From positions 1 to 53,600 of the IMG/VR virus record IMGVR_UViG_3300047563_000009: DNA of 53,600 nucleotides. The stretch is one strand, 5' to 3'. Of the stretch, positions 6,669 to 16,891 are shown piece by piece. The notes beneath the pieces were generated by a model. It ran no database searches and had not been told where the DNA came from. It was given only the letters and a program-made list of their open reading frames with translations. Each line of letters starts with the position of its first letter. The stretch's first letter is position 1. A program made the position numbers and the translations under genes. The stretch comes from a virus. Lineage: Duplodnaviria > Caudoviricetes.

Positions 6669-7291
6669 ACCATATGGGTTCGGACTTGTCAGCAGTTAAT
6701 GCTGCACGAGTCTCATATGGTGCGGAGTCTAAAACGCTAACAGAACGCGACTCCCACCTCCTAGGTTTTCTAGCGGAACATGAGCACGTAACACCGTTCC
6801 GTCATGCAGCAGTAACATTGCGTTGCCGTGGGCCAATCTTCTTGGCACGTCAGTTGGGCAAGCATCAAGTTGGCTTTAGTTGGAACGAGATTTCTCGTCG
6901 TTACAAAGATGGTGAGGCAATTGAAGTTGAGTGCTACATTCCTGATTTAGTGATGCATCGACCTGAAAAGTTGATGACTCAATCTGCTGAGCCAATGAAA
7001 GAGTACTACGCGAGTGAAATGCGCTTGTTCTTGGCTAATGCTGCGAAGTCAGCAGTGCGCGAATATCGGGCATTAATTGGATTTGGAGTTGCACCAGAGC
7101 AAGCTCGAATGGTGTTGCCACAATCGATGATGACTGAATGGATTTGGACTGGCTCGCTTTATGGCTGGGCATCCATGTACAATCAACGTTCAACTCCTCA
7201 CGCACAATATGAAGCTCGACTGTTCGCAGAAGAGGTCAACAAAGTCATGTCTGAGTTGTTCCCAGTTTGCTGGAAAGCTTTAACTAAATAA
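6638..7291 (+). CDS. thyX: flavin-dependent thymidylate synthase
   Basis: AARVSY, HxTPFRH, SWNEISRRY, PEQARMVLPQS, HAQYE motifs. Confidence 0.95.
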   Translation: MSKQISVELVDHMGSDLSAVNAARVSYGAESKTLTERDSHLLGFLAEHEHVTPFRHAAVTLRCRGPIFLARQLGKHQVGFSWNEISRRYKDGEAIEVECYIPDLVMHRPEKLMTQSAEPMKEYYASEMRLFLANAAKSAVREYRALIGFGVAPEQARMVLPQSMMTEWIWTGSLYGWASMYNQRSTPHAQYEARLFAEEVNKVMSELFPVCWKALTK

Positions 7292-7308
7292 TTCACTAAG
7301 GAATAGAA

Positions 7309-9069
7309 ATGCAGATTAAACAGTGCGTTCTTAAAACGAAGCACGACCATCCCGATTGCAAATCCACCAGCGGGAAGTCATTGCAGGTATGGATTAACGA
7401 GGCAGAAGATGGGAAGCGTTTCTATTCCGGCTTTTGTTTTGCGTGTGGCATCCCTGTTCCGAATCCCCTTGGCACGGATGAAACACAATTCCCAGAAATT
7501 AAAATCAAAACTCCAGAAGAAATTCAGGAAGAGTTGGATGAGATTACTTCTTGTCCGGTGTTTGATTTAGACCATCGAGGTATTGAGCCAGAGTTCTGGA
7601 GTCATGCTCGTGTTCGACTGTTGTACTCAGAGTTTGATGGTAAGACTCCATATGCTCTTGCACATGGATTTACCAAGAATGGGAAACTTGCTCGTTGGAA
7701 GATTAAACTTCTCAATAGGAAAGTAATCTGGTCTGTTGGGGACACTCAAGAGAACGACCCATACAACTGGGAAGCTGCTAAAGCTGTTGGTGGTAAGACA
7801 CTATTCATTACGGAAGGTGAAGAAGATTGTATTGCACTTCGGGCAATTCTTCGAATCATGAACCGTGGTGGTCAGTATGAAGAATTAGATTTCGCTGTTA
7901 TCTCATTGACAGATGGTAGTGATTCTGTTCACAAAACTTTGGCACATAAAGCCGAAGAGATTAAGCAACGTTGGGAAAATGTTGTTATTGTCTTTGATGA
8001 TGATGAGCCGGGACGTAAGGCATCCAAAGAAGCATGTCGTTTACTTCCGGGAGCAATGATTGCAACACTTCCTGCAAACGATGCAAATGATTGTTTGAAA
8101 CGTGGGTTGCTGAAAGCAACTCAAAGTGCAGTAGTATTCCGTGCAGCTCGTCCACTTCCCACAGCACTGGTTAACAAAGACCTGTTGATGGAAGAATTGG
8201 ATGATGAAGTTGAGGAAGGTGTGGATTATCCGTGGCCTAAATTAACTGAGCTAATGTTCGGTCAACGTCGTAGTGAAGTAATCACTCTTGGTGGTTCCGA
8301 GGGTGGTGGTAAAACCACAATGGCTCGTCAGAATGTTGAGCATAATATTGTTCAACATGATTGGGCAGCATTCACAGCATTTATGGAGGAAACTCCACAA
8401 GAGACTCTACGTCGAATGGCTGGACTGCGAGACAACCTCCCATATTGGGAACCAAACTTTAAATTTGACTCACGTTATGACGATGATAAGTTTAAACAAA
8501 CTTCACGTCGCATGTTGCAGAACATGGAAATTTGGGATAGAAAGCTTGCTGGTGAAGACCCGCATGAAACTTGGGAAGGTTTGAAAACGATTATTCGTCA
8601 AATCGGTCCAGATATTGATATGTTTGTTTTAGATAACTTGACATATTTGTCAGAAGGTATTTCGGCATCTGAGAAGAACGACTTCTTGGGTGGCTTGTAT
8701 GCAGATGTAACCAAACTTGCAGACCAATATCAATTCCACGTATTAATTCTATCTCACTTGAACCCTGTTGCAAAAGGGCAGCGACCTCATGAAGATGGTG
8801 GACGAATCAAGAAAGGTGACTTTACTGGTTCTCGTGCTGCCGCTAAATATTCTCATGGGATGTTTGGTTTTGAACGTAATAGTCAGGCAGTTGACCCAAA
8901 CTGTTCAATCATTCGTTCAATCAAAGCTCGTAAGAGTGGTAAGACAGAAGGTTTCAAAACGTATTACGATAATCAATCAGGTCGAATCATTCAGCGTAAT
9001 TGGGATGATAGCCTGTTTGAAACTAAAGAGATTGTTCAGCTAACCAAGAAGAACGGTCCACATCAGTAA
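7309..9069 (+). CDS. T7 gp4-like primase-helicase
   Basis: N-terminal Cys Zn motif; TOPRIM ITEGEED / FDDDEPG; Walker A GSEGGGKTT; SHL and GSRA SF4 motifs. Confidence 0.93.
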   Translation: MQIKQCVLKTKHDHPDCKSTSGKSLQVWINEAEDGKRFYSGFCFACGIPVPNPLGTDETQFPEIKIKTPEEIQEELDEITSCPVFDLDHRGIEPEFWSHARVRLLYSEFDGKTPYALAHGFTKNGKLARWKIKLLNRKVIWSVGDTQENDPYNWEAAKAVGGKTLFITEGEEDCIALRAILRIMNRGGQYEELDFAVISLTDGSDSVHKTLAHKAEEIKQRWENVVIVFDDDEPGRKASKEACRLLPGAMIATLPANDANDCLKRGLLKATQSAVVFRAARPLPTALVNKDLLMEELDDEVEEGVDYPWPKLTELMFGQRRSEVITLGGSEGGGKTTMARQNVEHNIVQHDWAAFTAFMEETPQETLRRMAGLRDNLPYWEPNFKFDSRYDDDKFKQTSRRMLQNMEIWDRKLAGEDPHETWEGLKTIIRQIGPDIDMFVLDNLTYLSEGISASEKNDFLGGLYADVTKLADQYQFHVLILSHLNPVAKGQRPHEDGGRIKKGDFTGSRAAAKYSHGMFGFERNSQAVDPNCSIIRSIKARKSGKTEGFKTYYDNQSGRIIQRNWDDSLFETKEIVQLTKKNGPHQ

Positions 9070-9130
9070 CTAAGCCCTGCCACGAAAAGCTCCACAGTAA
9101 AGTCTGTGAACGTGGCATCTTCAATAAAAC

Positions 9131-11077
9131 ATGGAGCCTAAATTGTTGTATCCTTGGAGCAATATGTATGGTAGTGACATTGAAACTACTGGACTACTAG
9201 ACCAAATGAAGTTGCAGGAAAATCCTCGACTTCATAACTTTGGTCATATCAACCTTGCAACGAAAGAAGCAACGGTTATGGAGTGGACTGAGCGAAAACG
9301 TATTCAAGATTTCCTTGATACTGGTCCAACTCTTGTGATGCACAATGGTGCAACGTTTGACTTTGAGGCTTTGAAGTTTCTTGGTTATGATGTATCGAAA
9401 TGTACACTAATTGATACTTTGTTTATCAGTTGGTATTTGCGTCCTCGCCAAATGATTCACGGCCTTGATGCATATGGTACGGAAGCTGGAGTACCTAAAC
9501 CAAAGATTGAGGATTGGGAGAACCAAACTCAAGAAGAATACAACCATCGTGTTCACGAGGACTGCCGTATTCAAACTTGGTTGTGGGAACATCAGTACTC
9601 CGAACTGCTCAAAATTTATAAAACTCCAGCCGAAGTGAAACGGTTTGTAGAATACTTAATGACGAAAGCTCGTCAACAAGTTATTCAGCAGCGTACACGC
9701 TGGAAGTTGAACAAAGAAAAGGCCTACGCATTTAAAGAAATGGTTGAGCCGATGATTGCGGAAAAAGTAAATGCTCTTGAAGCGTCTATGCCGCGAATCA
9801 CAGAATACAAATTGATGGAACGTCCAGCCAAAACTCACAAGAAAGACCGCACACTATCTGCCGCTGGCATTAAGTGGAAGGCAATTTGTGATGCAAATGA
9901 ATTAGACTGGCAGCAACCTGACCTTGTATTGAAAACAATCAAGGGATATAAACCGCCAAATGCTGGTTCACATCAGCAGATTAAAGATTGGCTGTTTAGT
10001 ATGGGTTGGGTTCCACAAACATTTAAACATGTTCGTGATAAGGAAACTGGTGAAACTCGTCAGATTCCACAAACAACAATTAAGGATGAAGATGGTAACC
10101 CAGAAATTTGCCAAAGTCTTCACGACCTTGCAGAAGCTAACCCAGGCTCAGGTATTGAACACCTTATTGGCCTTGGTGTTTATAAGCATCGTCTCAGTGT
10201 TGTCAATGGCTTCCTTCGTGATGTTGACAAAGATGGATTCCTTACTGCACGTTGTGGCGGCCTTACTAACACTCTTCGTCTCAAGCATCGTGAGCTTGTT
10301 AACCTTCCAAGTATTCGTGTGTTTGGCGGTGCTGAATTGCGCGGGATGCTCGAAGCAATCAACGAAGATTACGAACAATTAGGTTCGGATTTATGTTCTT
10401 TGGAAGACCGTTGTAAACACCACTTCCAATGGTTGTATGACCCAGAATATGTTAAGAAGCAGTTGGCAGAAGATTACGATGCACACTTGGCAATTGGTGT
10501 AATCGGTGGATTCATTACAGAAGCACAGTCTCAAGCACACAAAGATGGTATAGAGAAATGTAAGCTTCGTCCAATGTTTAAGACAACAAACTATGCGTGT
10601 CAGTATGGCGCAGGTGTTGCAACTGTAGTTCGTTCAGCCAAGTGTGACCAACAAACTGGTGCTCGACTGCACAAAGCATATTGGGACTTGAACTGGTCAA
10701 TCAAAGAGATTGCTGCAAACACAAAAGTTCAAACAGTTGATGGTCAGATGTGGCAGCAGAACCCTGTCAATGGTTTCTGGTATTCTCTGCGAACTGAGAA
10801 AGACCGTTTCTCAACTTTGTGTCAGGGTACTGGCGCATATGTATTTGATATTTGGTGCAACAACATCATTGCAATTTGTAATGAGCGTTGGGGCTGTGAC
10901 CCACTTCTTTCTGGTCAGTTCCATGATGAATTGATTCTGCAAGTTAAGAAGGGGTATCGGGAATTGTGGACGAATCTGTTGCATGAAGCAATGGAACGTA
11001 CCAACAAACAACTTAAACTTAATCGCGATTGTGCATGTGATGTACAGTTTGGCGATGATTACTCGCAGATTCACTAA
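9131..11077 (+). CDS. family A DNA polymerase with 3'-5' exonuclease
   Basis: ExoI DIETTGL, ExoII HNGATFD; motif A DLCSLEDR, B RPMFKTTNYACQYG (Tyr at the E. coli PolI 762-equivalent site), C FHDE. Confidence 0.95.
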   Translation: MEPKLLYPWSNMYGSDIETTGLLDQMKLQENPRLHNFGHINLATKEATVMEWTERKRIQDFLDTGPTLVMHNGATFDFEALKFLGYDVSKCTLIDTLFISWYLRPRQMIHGLDAYGTEAGVPKPKIEDWENQTQEEYNHRVHEDCRIQTWLWEHQYSELLKIYKTPAEVKRFVEYLMTKARQQVIQQRTRWKLNKEKAYAFKEMVEPMIAEKVNALEASMPRITEYKLMERPAKTHKKDRTLSAAGIKWKAICDANELDWQQPDLVLKTIKGYKPPNAGSHQQIKDWLFSMGWVPQTFKHVRDKETGETRQIPQTTIKDEDGNPEICQSLHDLAEANPGSGIEHLIGLGVYKHRLSVVNGFLRDVDKDGFLTARCGGLTNTLRLKHRELVNLPSIRVFGGAELRGMLEAINEDYEQLGSDLCSLEDRCKHHFQWLYDPEYVKKQLAEDYDAHLAIGVIGGFITEAQSQAHKDGIEKCKLRPMFKTTNYACQYGAGVATVVRSAKCDQQTGARLHKAYWDLNWSIKEIAANTKVQTVDGQMWQQNPVNGFWYSLRTEKDRFSTLCQGTGAYVFDIWCNNIIAICNERWGCDPLLSGQFHDELILQVKKGYRELWTNLLHEAMERTNKQLKLNRDCACDVQFGDDYSQIH

Positions 11078-11328
11078 TGCATAATGTATATGGGCTGTTT
11101 GATGTGCAAGAAGGTCGCCAACATGTGTTTGCGGCTCCGGGTGAACAGTCTGCAAAGGACGCCGTAGCGGCGTTCCTTGCAGCGAACTTCGATAAGTTCT
11201 TCACACCAACCCAAAAGGAACAGGCTGATAAACTACAGTCTGTAATTTCGGAAACAACCTCACTCGACGAGCTGAAATCGGCATTAGTTGGATGGGATTT
11301 CGTACTTGAAATGGTTCAAGTAGTTTAA
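11077..11328 (+). CDS. hypothetical protein
   Basis: TAATG coupling with the polymerase gene. Confidence 0.75.
   Translation: MHNVYGLFDVQEGRQHVFAAPGEQSAKDAVAAFLAANFDKFFTPTQKEQADKLQSVISETTSLDELKSALVGWDFVLEMVQVV
11282..11297 (+). promoter_or_regulatory. variant promoter motif CATTAGTTGGATGGGA
   Basis: Variant of the repeated motif, about 55 nt upstream of the 11353 gene. Confidence 0.35.
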
Positions 11329-11352
11329 TAATGTAACTCAAAGGTAACTAAA

Positions 11353-12213
11353 ATGGCATTTGCTGCTCCTACACTGGCTTCGAACAAGACTCCCTCCGCT
11401 GCACCACTTCTGGAAGCGGGTGGCTACCCTGCCCGTGTTACTCGTATTATTGACCTTGGCTTGCAGCCAGGCTCTGCAAAGTATCCTAACCCTCAACTCA
11501 AGCTGCTAGTAACTTTCGAACTCTTAGAAGAGTTTATGAAGGAAGTTGATGCAGACGGTAAGATGGTTATGGTGCAAGACCCAGATGAAGATGAAGGCGT
11601 ACTAATGGCGAAGAATCTTGAAGACAAGCCGCGTTGGTTTGACTTTGAGTTCTCTTACAACGCAGATGGTTACATGGGTGATAACTCACACATCTATAAG
11701 TTTGCAAAAGCTATTGACGCAATGGAAGTTCTTGCAAATCCAGAACAGAACATCCAAGGTCATCCAGCCAAAGACTTGAAAGATTGGTTGAACGAACCTC
11801 TCATCGTCGGTCTTACCCAGTACACCAAAATGTCTGGTAAGAATGCTGGTCAAGTTGCAAACAAAATTGCAACGTTTGCGCCAATGAAATCTAAAGAGAA
11901 GCGTGAGGCTAAACCTCTGGTCAATCCAACCGTATTCTTTGACATGAGCAACCCAGACTTGGAAGTATTTAACAAACTTCCGGGCGGTGACTCTGAGTGG
12001 GCTATCAAGAACCGTATCACCTCTGGTGTTAAGTTCAACGAAACCAAACTTCACGCACTGCTGGGCGGTAAACCTGCTGATAATTCAACTCCAAATCAGG
12101 CATCTGAGGAACAAGTTGATGAAGCAATGCAAGCAGAACTGGCTGCACAGAAAGCTGCTCGTGAAGCACAAGCACAAGAGAATGCATCTGGTCAATCTGG
12201 CCAACCATTCTAA
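11353..12213 (+). CDS. putative ssDNA-binding / replication protein
   Basis: GxYPARVxRIIDLG N-terminal motif; flexible tail ending QPF; lies in replication module. Confidence 0.6.
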   Translation: MAFAAPTLASNKTPSAAPLLEAGGYPARVTRIIDLGLQPGSAKYPNPQLKLLVTFELLEEFMKEVDADGKMVMVQDPDEDEGVLMAKNLEDKPRWFDFEFSYNADGYMGDNSHIYKFAKAIDAMEVLANPEQNIQGHPAKDLKDWLNEPLIVGLTQYTKMSGKNAGQVANKIATFAPMKSKEKREAKPLVNPTVFFDMSNPDLEVFNKLPGGDSEWAIKNRITSGVKFNETKLHALLGGKPADNSTPNQASEEQVDEAMQAELAAQKAAREAQAQENASGQSGQPF

Positions 12214-12222
12214 TTTAATTGA

Positions 12223-12245
12223 GAGCCTCTACGGAGGCTCCCTTT
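12223..12245 (+). terminator. hairpin, possible terminator
   Basis: GAGCCTC-TACG-GAGGCTC then CCTTT. Confidence 0.45.
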
Positions 12246-13293
12246 GGAGTTTACCAAAGTGGTTAAGAAAAGAAAGCTTCTCCTTATTGACGGTGACATG
12301 ATTGCATTCAGTCATTGTGCGGCAGAAGAGTATGGGAAGGAGCCGGAAGATATCTCCTTTGCTAAAATTCAAATGTCTATGGATTCCAAAATGGAATTCC
12401 TTACTAAACGTTTGGGTGCAACTGATGTAATTACCTTCATCTCAGGTGATACAAACATGCGCCACATCATCTTCCCAGAGTACAAGTCAAACCGTGATGG
12501 TGTTTGGCGTCCAGACAACTTGAAGAATGCGAAAGCTCACCTAATGGTTGCATGGAATGGTATGAAGGTTGAAGGTCTGGAAGCAGATGATTTGCTGGCT
12601 TGTTTCGCTCGTCACAAATACGATGTGGAAATGGGTAAGCGAAATGTTGTGCGAACTTTAACAGACATTGGTCCATGTGACTATGATGAAGTTATCATTG
12701 CATCACTTGACAAAGACTTGCGTCAACTGAGTCAGTTTGGTGATACAGGTCCAGTAATTAAGCATTACCAATGGGAACGTGAGTCTCAGGGTATCGGCGA
12801 GAAAGTTGTAATTCCAAAAGATTATGGCGAACTCCGCTGCATCATCAAAGATAATGGTAAAACGAAGAAGAAAGAGGTTAAGGGTGATGGCCCTAAATTC
12901 TTCCTGCATCAACTCCTAATCGGTGACTCCACTGACGGCGTACTTGGATGTGGTATCCGTGAACTCAAAATCTACAAGTCTGGCGCCAAGTGTGGTCAGG
13001 AATACTACAAACGTGATGGTGTTGGGGCTGTTGAATCTTTCGAACTGTTGGATAAAACTACCACATATCTTGAAGGTTTAAAGAAAGTTATCGGCGCATA
13101 CATTATGCGTTTTGGTGACGATTGGGAAGTGGAGCTTCTCAAGAATGGGCGTCTTGTGTACATGCATCATGTTATTGAGCAAGCACGATATGTCCGTTTA
13201 TGGCATTACAAAGGTGGAATCAGTGATGTATTCGACCTTAAAGAGAAACGTGTAATCCAACATGCAGAGTACCTCCAGATTAAATCGGAGTAA
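12244..13293 (+). CDS. 5'-3' exonuclease (T7 gp6/FEN-like)
   Basis: LLIDGD, YKSNR, LEADD, SLDKDL, GDSTD motifs; TTG start. Confidence 0.92.
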   Translation: MEFTKVVKKRKLLLIDGDMIAFSHCAAEEYGKEPEDISFAKIQMSMDSKMEFLTKRLGATDVITFISGDTNMRHIIFPEYKSNRDGVWRPDNLKNAKAHLMVAWNGMKVEGLEADDLLACFARHKYDVEMGKRNVVRTLTDIGPCDYDEVIIASLDKDLRQLSQFGDTGPVIKHYQWERESQGIGEKVVIPKDYGELRCIIKDNGKTKKKEVKGDGPKFFLHQLLIGDSTDGVLGCGIRELKIYKSGAKCGQEYYKRDGVGAVESFELLDKTTTYLEGLKKVIGAYIMRFGDDWEVELLKNGRLVYMHHVIEQARYVRLWHYKGGISDVFDLKEKRVIQHAEYLQIKSE

Positions 13294-13295
13294 CA

Positions 13296-13817
13296 ATGTA
13301 CGGATATTGCGGAACGGAAGCCAAGTTTGTTGGTTGGCTTCAATCAGCATTGAGGTCTGTTTGGACTAAACATCCAAGCAAACTCTCTCTCGTTAAGAGT
13401 AAGCAAATTGCACTGAAAGTTGGAACGTCAAAGAAGGCAATCTTCCACGTCCAATGCTACCACTGCAAGAAGCTTTTCAAGCTGAAAGATATTGAAGTAA
13501 ACCACAAGAAGCAAGTTGGTGGACTTCTTAAACTGGAGGAACGCTACAGATTCTTAGACAACCTGTTACTAGTTCAGCCAGAAGATTTAGAGTTGCTGTG
13601 TCATGACTGTCACGGCATAGTCACGTACATTGAGCGCTACGGTGTATCAAGACGTGATGCAATTATTGAGAAAAAGTGCATTGCTTTTTCCAAGTTATCA
13701 GACGCAGAGCAAATTAAGAAGTGTAAGGCTGCTAAATTTGACCCTGTACCCAAAACCAAAATCGGACGCAAGAACGCTGTTCGAGAATATTTGAGAAAGA
13801 ATCTTAATGTCGATTAA
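13296..13817 (+). CDS. HNH-like endonuclease
   Basis: CYHC...VNH...LELLCHDCH zinc/HNH pattern. Confidence 0.7.
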   Translation: MYGYCGTEAKFVGWLQSALRSVWTKHPSKLSLVKSKQIALKVGTSKKAIFHVQCYHCKKLFKLKDIEVNHKKQVGGLLKLEERYRFLDNLLLVQPEDLELLCHDCHGIVTYIERYGVSRRDAIIEKKCIAFSKLSDAEQIKKCKAAKFDPVPKTKIGRKNAVREYLRKNLNVD

Positions 13818-14559
13818 GCTCCTCGAAGATGGTACATCATATGTCAAAGCACACGCACACGACTGGGAAGACCCTGGCTGTCTTATCAAAGGTCGCGTCA
13901 CCGTCTATCGGAAAGTTGACGGTATTCGAGCTATTCGTAATAAAGATGGCTCTGTATGGAGTCGTAATTCTAAACCGCTCCCTCACTGTGACCATCTGCA
14001 ATTCAAAGATGCTGAAATCTTTCGCGGTTCCTGGAACGAGACTTCATCTATCTTGGGGCGCATCGACGCACCAGAAGTTCCGTTAACTCAAGAAAATGTG
14101 TACGAACTTTCCGACGGTTGCGTAGACCCACGCCTTTACATCTGCTGGGGCACAAACCCAAGCAACGAAACACTTCGCAAAATGATGGAGACAGAACTTG
14201 CGAATGGACATGAAGGCCTCATTGTTCGTGATGGTAAGGGTAAGTGGTGGAAGGTTGTTCCATATAAATATGCTGACGTTATTATAACTGGTTTCAAAGA
14301 AGGAACCAAGAAGAATAAGGGCATGTGCGGCTCTATTGCCTCCAATTGGGGCAGTGCTGGTTCGATGTGTTTCGACTCGTTGAAAGACCACGGTATCGAA
14401 GGTGATGCAAACATTCGTAAATGGTTGTGGGCACACCGTTCGGAATTAATTGGAAAGGTAATGCAGGTTCGCTATCGTGAGAAAACCGAAGCTGGTAAGT
14501 TGCGTTTCCCGTCACTTGTTCGTTTGAGAACCGATAAGAATGAAGAATCGTTCGATTAA
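13807..14559 (+). CDS. minimal ATP-dependent DNA ligase
   Basis: KVDGIR (motif I), EGLIVR, WWKV, LRFP. Confidence 0.9.
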   Translation: MSIKLLEDGTSYVKAHAHDWEDPGCLIKGRVTVYRKVDGIRAIRNKDGSVWSRNSKPLPHCDHLQFKDAEIFRGSWNETSSILGRIDAPEVPLTQENVYELSDGCVDPRLYICWGTNPSNETLRKMMETELANGHEGLIVRDGKGKWWKVVPYKYADVIITGFKEGTKKNKGMCGSIASNWGSAGSMCFDSLKDHGIEGDANIRKWLWAHRSELIGKVMQVRYREKTEAGKLRFPSLVRLRTDKNEESFD

Positions 14560-15184
14560 TATTGCGGTGGTCCTTAACGGGCCGCCTGGTTGTGGCAAAG
14601 ACACAATCGCAAACGCATTGGTTAACCCTGTTAATGGTCACTTATGGCCAATGGATTTAAACACTTTTGTAAAGCACCAGTTCAAGGATGCACTCTATGA
14701 GCACACTGCTAAACATTTTAAGGTTGATTTGGATAAGTTTATCCATTTCGCCTCTGACCGTGACCTTAAAGATTCAACCTCTTTGGCGGGTCTGGGTGGT
14801 CGAACTCCTCGACAAGCACTCATTCATGTCAGTGAAGAAATCTACAAACCTCGCGAAGGTTTTGATTACTTTGGCAAGGTGGAGGCTTCTCGTGTCAGCG
14901 AACATAAGGGGCGTCTGGGTGGCACTATTAATGTCATCTACCCCGATGGTGGTTTCGAATCTGAAATTCCTCCAATCGAATCCGAGTTTGATGCTGTGCT
15001 TATTATTCGTCTGCATCGTGACGGTTTTGATTTCTCAGGCGATTCTCGTAACTACCTCAACCTGCCCAACACTAAAACTCGCCAAACAGTTGACGAGTAC
15101 CTTGTAGATGGCAAAATTGAAGATGCTGTCTGGAAGGTCCGTAACTGGATTGAAAGATTCCTGTATAATTTAGAGAGTAAATAA
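14540..15184 (+). CDS. deoxynucleoside monophosphate kinase
   Basis: P-loop GPPGCGKDT, FKDAL, TPRQALI. Confidence 0.85.
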   Translation: MKNRSINIAVVLNGPPGCGKDTIANALVNPVNGHLWPMDLNTFVKHQFKDALYEHTAKHFKVDLDKFIHFASDRDLKDSTSLAGLGGRTPRQALIHVSEEIYKPREGFDYFGKVEASRVSEHKGRLGGTINVIYPDGGFESEIPPIESEFDAVLIIRLHRDGFDFSGDSRNYLNLPNTKTRQTVDEYLVDGKIEDAVWKVRNWIERFLYNLESK

Positions 15185-15747
15185 TGTCATTCGACCAACA
15201 TGCAGCACGTCTGTGCTGTTTCAAAAAGGTTCACCCAAATGCTAGTACACCTGTCTACGCCACTGCTGGCGCTGCTGCTGCTGACGTCACTTGTGTTCAG
15301 TGGAAAGATGTGGATGGGGATTGGAAGACTTCTTCTGTCGTGGTCAATCCCGGCAAGAGTGTTATCCTTGATACTGGCTTGCAGTTTAGTGTTCCCGCTG
15401 GATTTGAACTCAAGTGCTACTCTCGTTCAGGGCATGGTTTTAAATCCGGCATTCGTCTTGCCAACTGTACTGGTATTCTGGACTCTGACTATCGCGGCAA
15501 CCTTATGGTCAAGCTGCATAATGACTCTGATACTGCTTTCCTCATTACAATGGGTGAGCGTGTTCTGCAAGTTCAAGTCAAACCTGCCCCACAAGTTCCA
15601 TTTATGGAAGTAAGTGAACTCAGTGTGACTGAGCGCGGTGTTGCTGGATTTGGTTCAACTGGAACTAAGGCATTAACTGGACCTGCTTTTGATGGTTCTT
15701 ACAACCACACTTTAACCATTAGTGATGTGCCAAGCGTAGACCACTAA
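15184..15747 (+). CDS. dut: trimeric dUTPase
   Basis: SRSG, GILDSDYRG, RGVAGFGSTG motifs. Confidence 0.95.
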   Translation: MSFDQHAARLCCFKKVHPNASTPVYATAGAAAADVTCVQWKDVDGDWKTSSVVVNPGKSVILDTGLQFSVPAGFELKCYSRSGHGFKSGIRLANCTGILDSDYRGNLMVKLHNDSDTAFLITMGERVLQVQVKPAPQVPFMEVSELSVTERGVAGFGSTGTKALTGPAFDGSYNHTLTISDVPSVDH

Positions 15748-15755
15748 ATACATCA

Positions 15756-15965
15756 ATGGAGCATCCGATGTTGGATTTATTTGATAACCTGCTTTCGCAT
15801 TTGAATGCAGAAGAAAACGACATGGCCTTAGAATTTAGGGCTAAGTTGGAAGAGATGGAGGATAAAGCTGACTTCCTCGATTGTCTTAAAGCCTGTGGCG
15901 TAGATAATTGGGATAGCTACTCTGACGCTCAAGAGATGATGTGGCCGGAAGGTGAAGATGAATAA
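15756..15965 (+). CDS. small acidic hypothetical protein
   Basis: GVDNWDSY motif, common in small phage proteins. Confidence 0.75.
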   Translation: MEHPMLDLFDNLLSHLNAEENDMALEFRAKLEEMEDKADFLDCLKACGVDNWDSYSDAQEMMWPEGEDE

Positions 15966-16362
15966 GATTTCAAAATACGACAATGTCGTAAACCCTGTTC
16001 AGTTCGGTACCCTTATCCGCAGCATCTTCGAAGACCCTTTTGAAATCTCAGAAGACTTCATGAAGCATTCCGAATGTCGTTGCGAGCTTGGTCAAGAGAT
16101 TGATTTGGAATTAGCCAAAGAGATTCTAGACTGCTTCAAAGGAGTACACATTAAGCCGGAAGACTTAGTGGGCACGTGGATGATGGAATGTTCTCGTGAC
16201 TACAGTAATAGTATTTACTGGAGTGAAGTTTCTGAGATTATCAAAGTTGAAGAAGTAACTGAAACAATTGTTGTAACTAAATGGAAACCAATCTGCGATG
16301 AAACTGTCCCAATCTGTAGTAGTCAACAACCGCAAAGTAAAGTTTGCATACCTAAAAAGTGA
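15958..16362 (+). CDS. hypothetical protein
   Basis: ATG15958 overlaps the end of the previous gene. Confidence 0.7.
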   Translation: MNKISKYDNVVNPVQFGTLIRSIFEDPFEISEDFMKHSECRCELGQEIDLELAKEILDCFKGVHIKPEDLVGTWMMECSRDYSNSIYWSEVSEIIKVEEVTETIVVTKWKPICDETVPICSSQQPQSKVCIPKK

Positions 16363-16627
16363 TGTAACCTCAACTGGTGGTGGCACTTACCTCACTCGTG
16401 CACTTGCAACTCGCAACGTCACTGGTGCTGATGTTATTGTATTTATCCTCCCTCAATGTGAGAACACTGCAAAGAACATCGAACGAATCAAGCGTGGACG
16501 CGAAGATTTAATGTCGGCTGTAAGGCCGTTAATTCTACCATTCAAAATTGTGGTAGTGGTTGGCACTTGCCAAGCTTATCTGGAAGATTTCTACAAAGAT
16601 AAGACTTGGAGTGATATTAAGTATTAA
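16298..16627 (+). CDS. hypothetical protein
   Basis: 109 aa ORF ending before a terminator. Confidence 0.65.
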   Translation: MKLSQSVVVNNRKVKFAYLKSDVTSTGGGTYLTRALATRNVTGADVIVFILPQCENTAKNIERIKRGREDLMSAVRPLILPFKIVVVVGTCQAYLEDFYKDKTWSDIKY

Positions 16628-16642
16628 GCGACACGATTAATT

Positions 16643-16670
16643 GGGAGGCTTTCGGGCCTCTCTCTTTATT
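16643..16670 (+). terminator. intrinsic terminator ending the replication module
   Basis: GGGAGGCT-TTCG-GGCCTCTC then TCTTTATT. Confidence 0.65.
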
Positions 16671-16686
16671 TAATTGGAGTTCGCTT

Positions 16687-16866
16687 ATGCGTACTATCTG
16701 CTGTAATAATTGTGGGCACGAAATTGCCGAGGACGACTTCATTGTCCAGCAATGCCCTGTATGTGATTCCTATATGGAATTGAACCGTCTTAATCTAAAA
16801 GTTGACCCAGAGTTAGGCAGCATTGTTCGCATCAATCCTGTGCACACCTCGACATTAATAGAATAA
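16687..16866 (+). CDS. small zinc-ribbon protein (59 aa; not in ORF track)
   Basis: GGAG SD; MRTICCNNCGHE...QCPVCDS. Confidence 0.7.
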   Translation: MRTICCNNCGHEIAEDDFIVQQCPVCDSYMELNRLNLKVDPELGSIVRINPVHTSTLIE

Positions 16867-16891
16867 GATTAAAAACAAAGAGAACGAATCA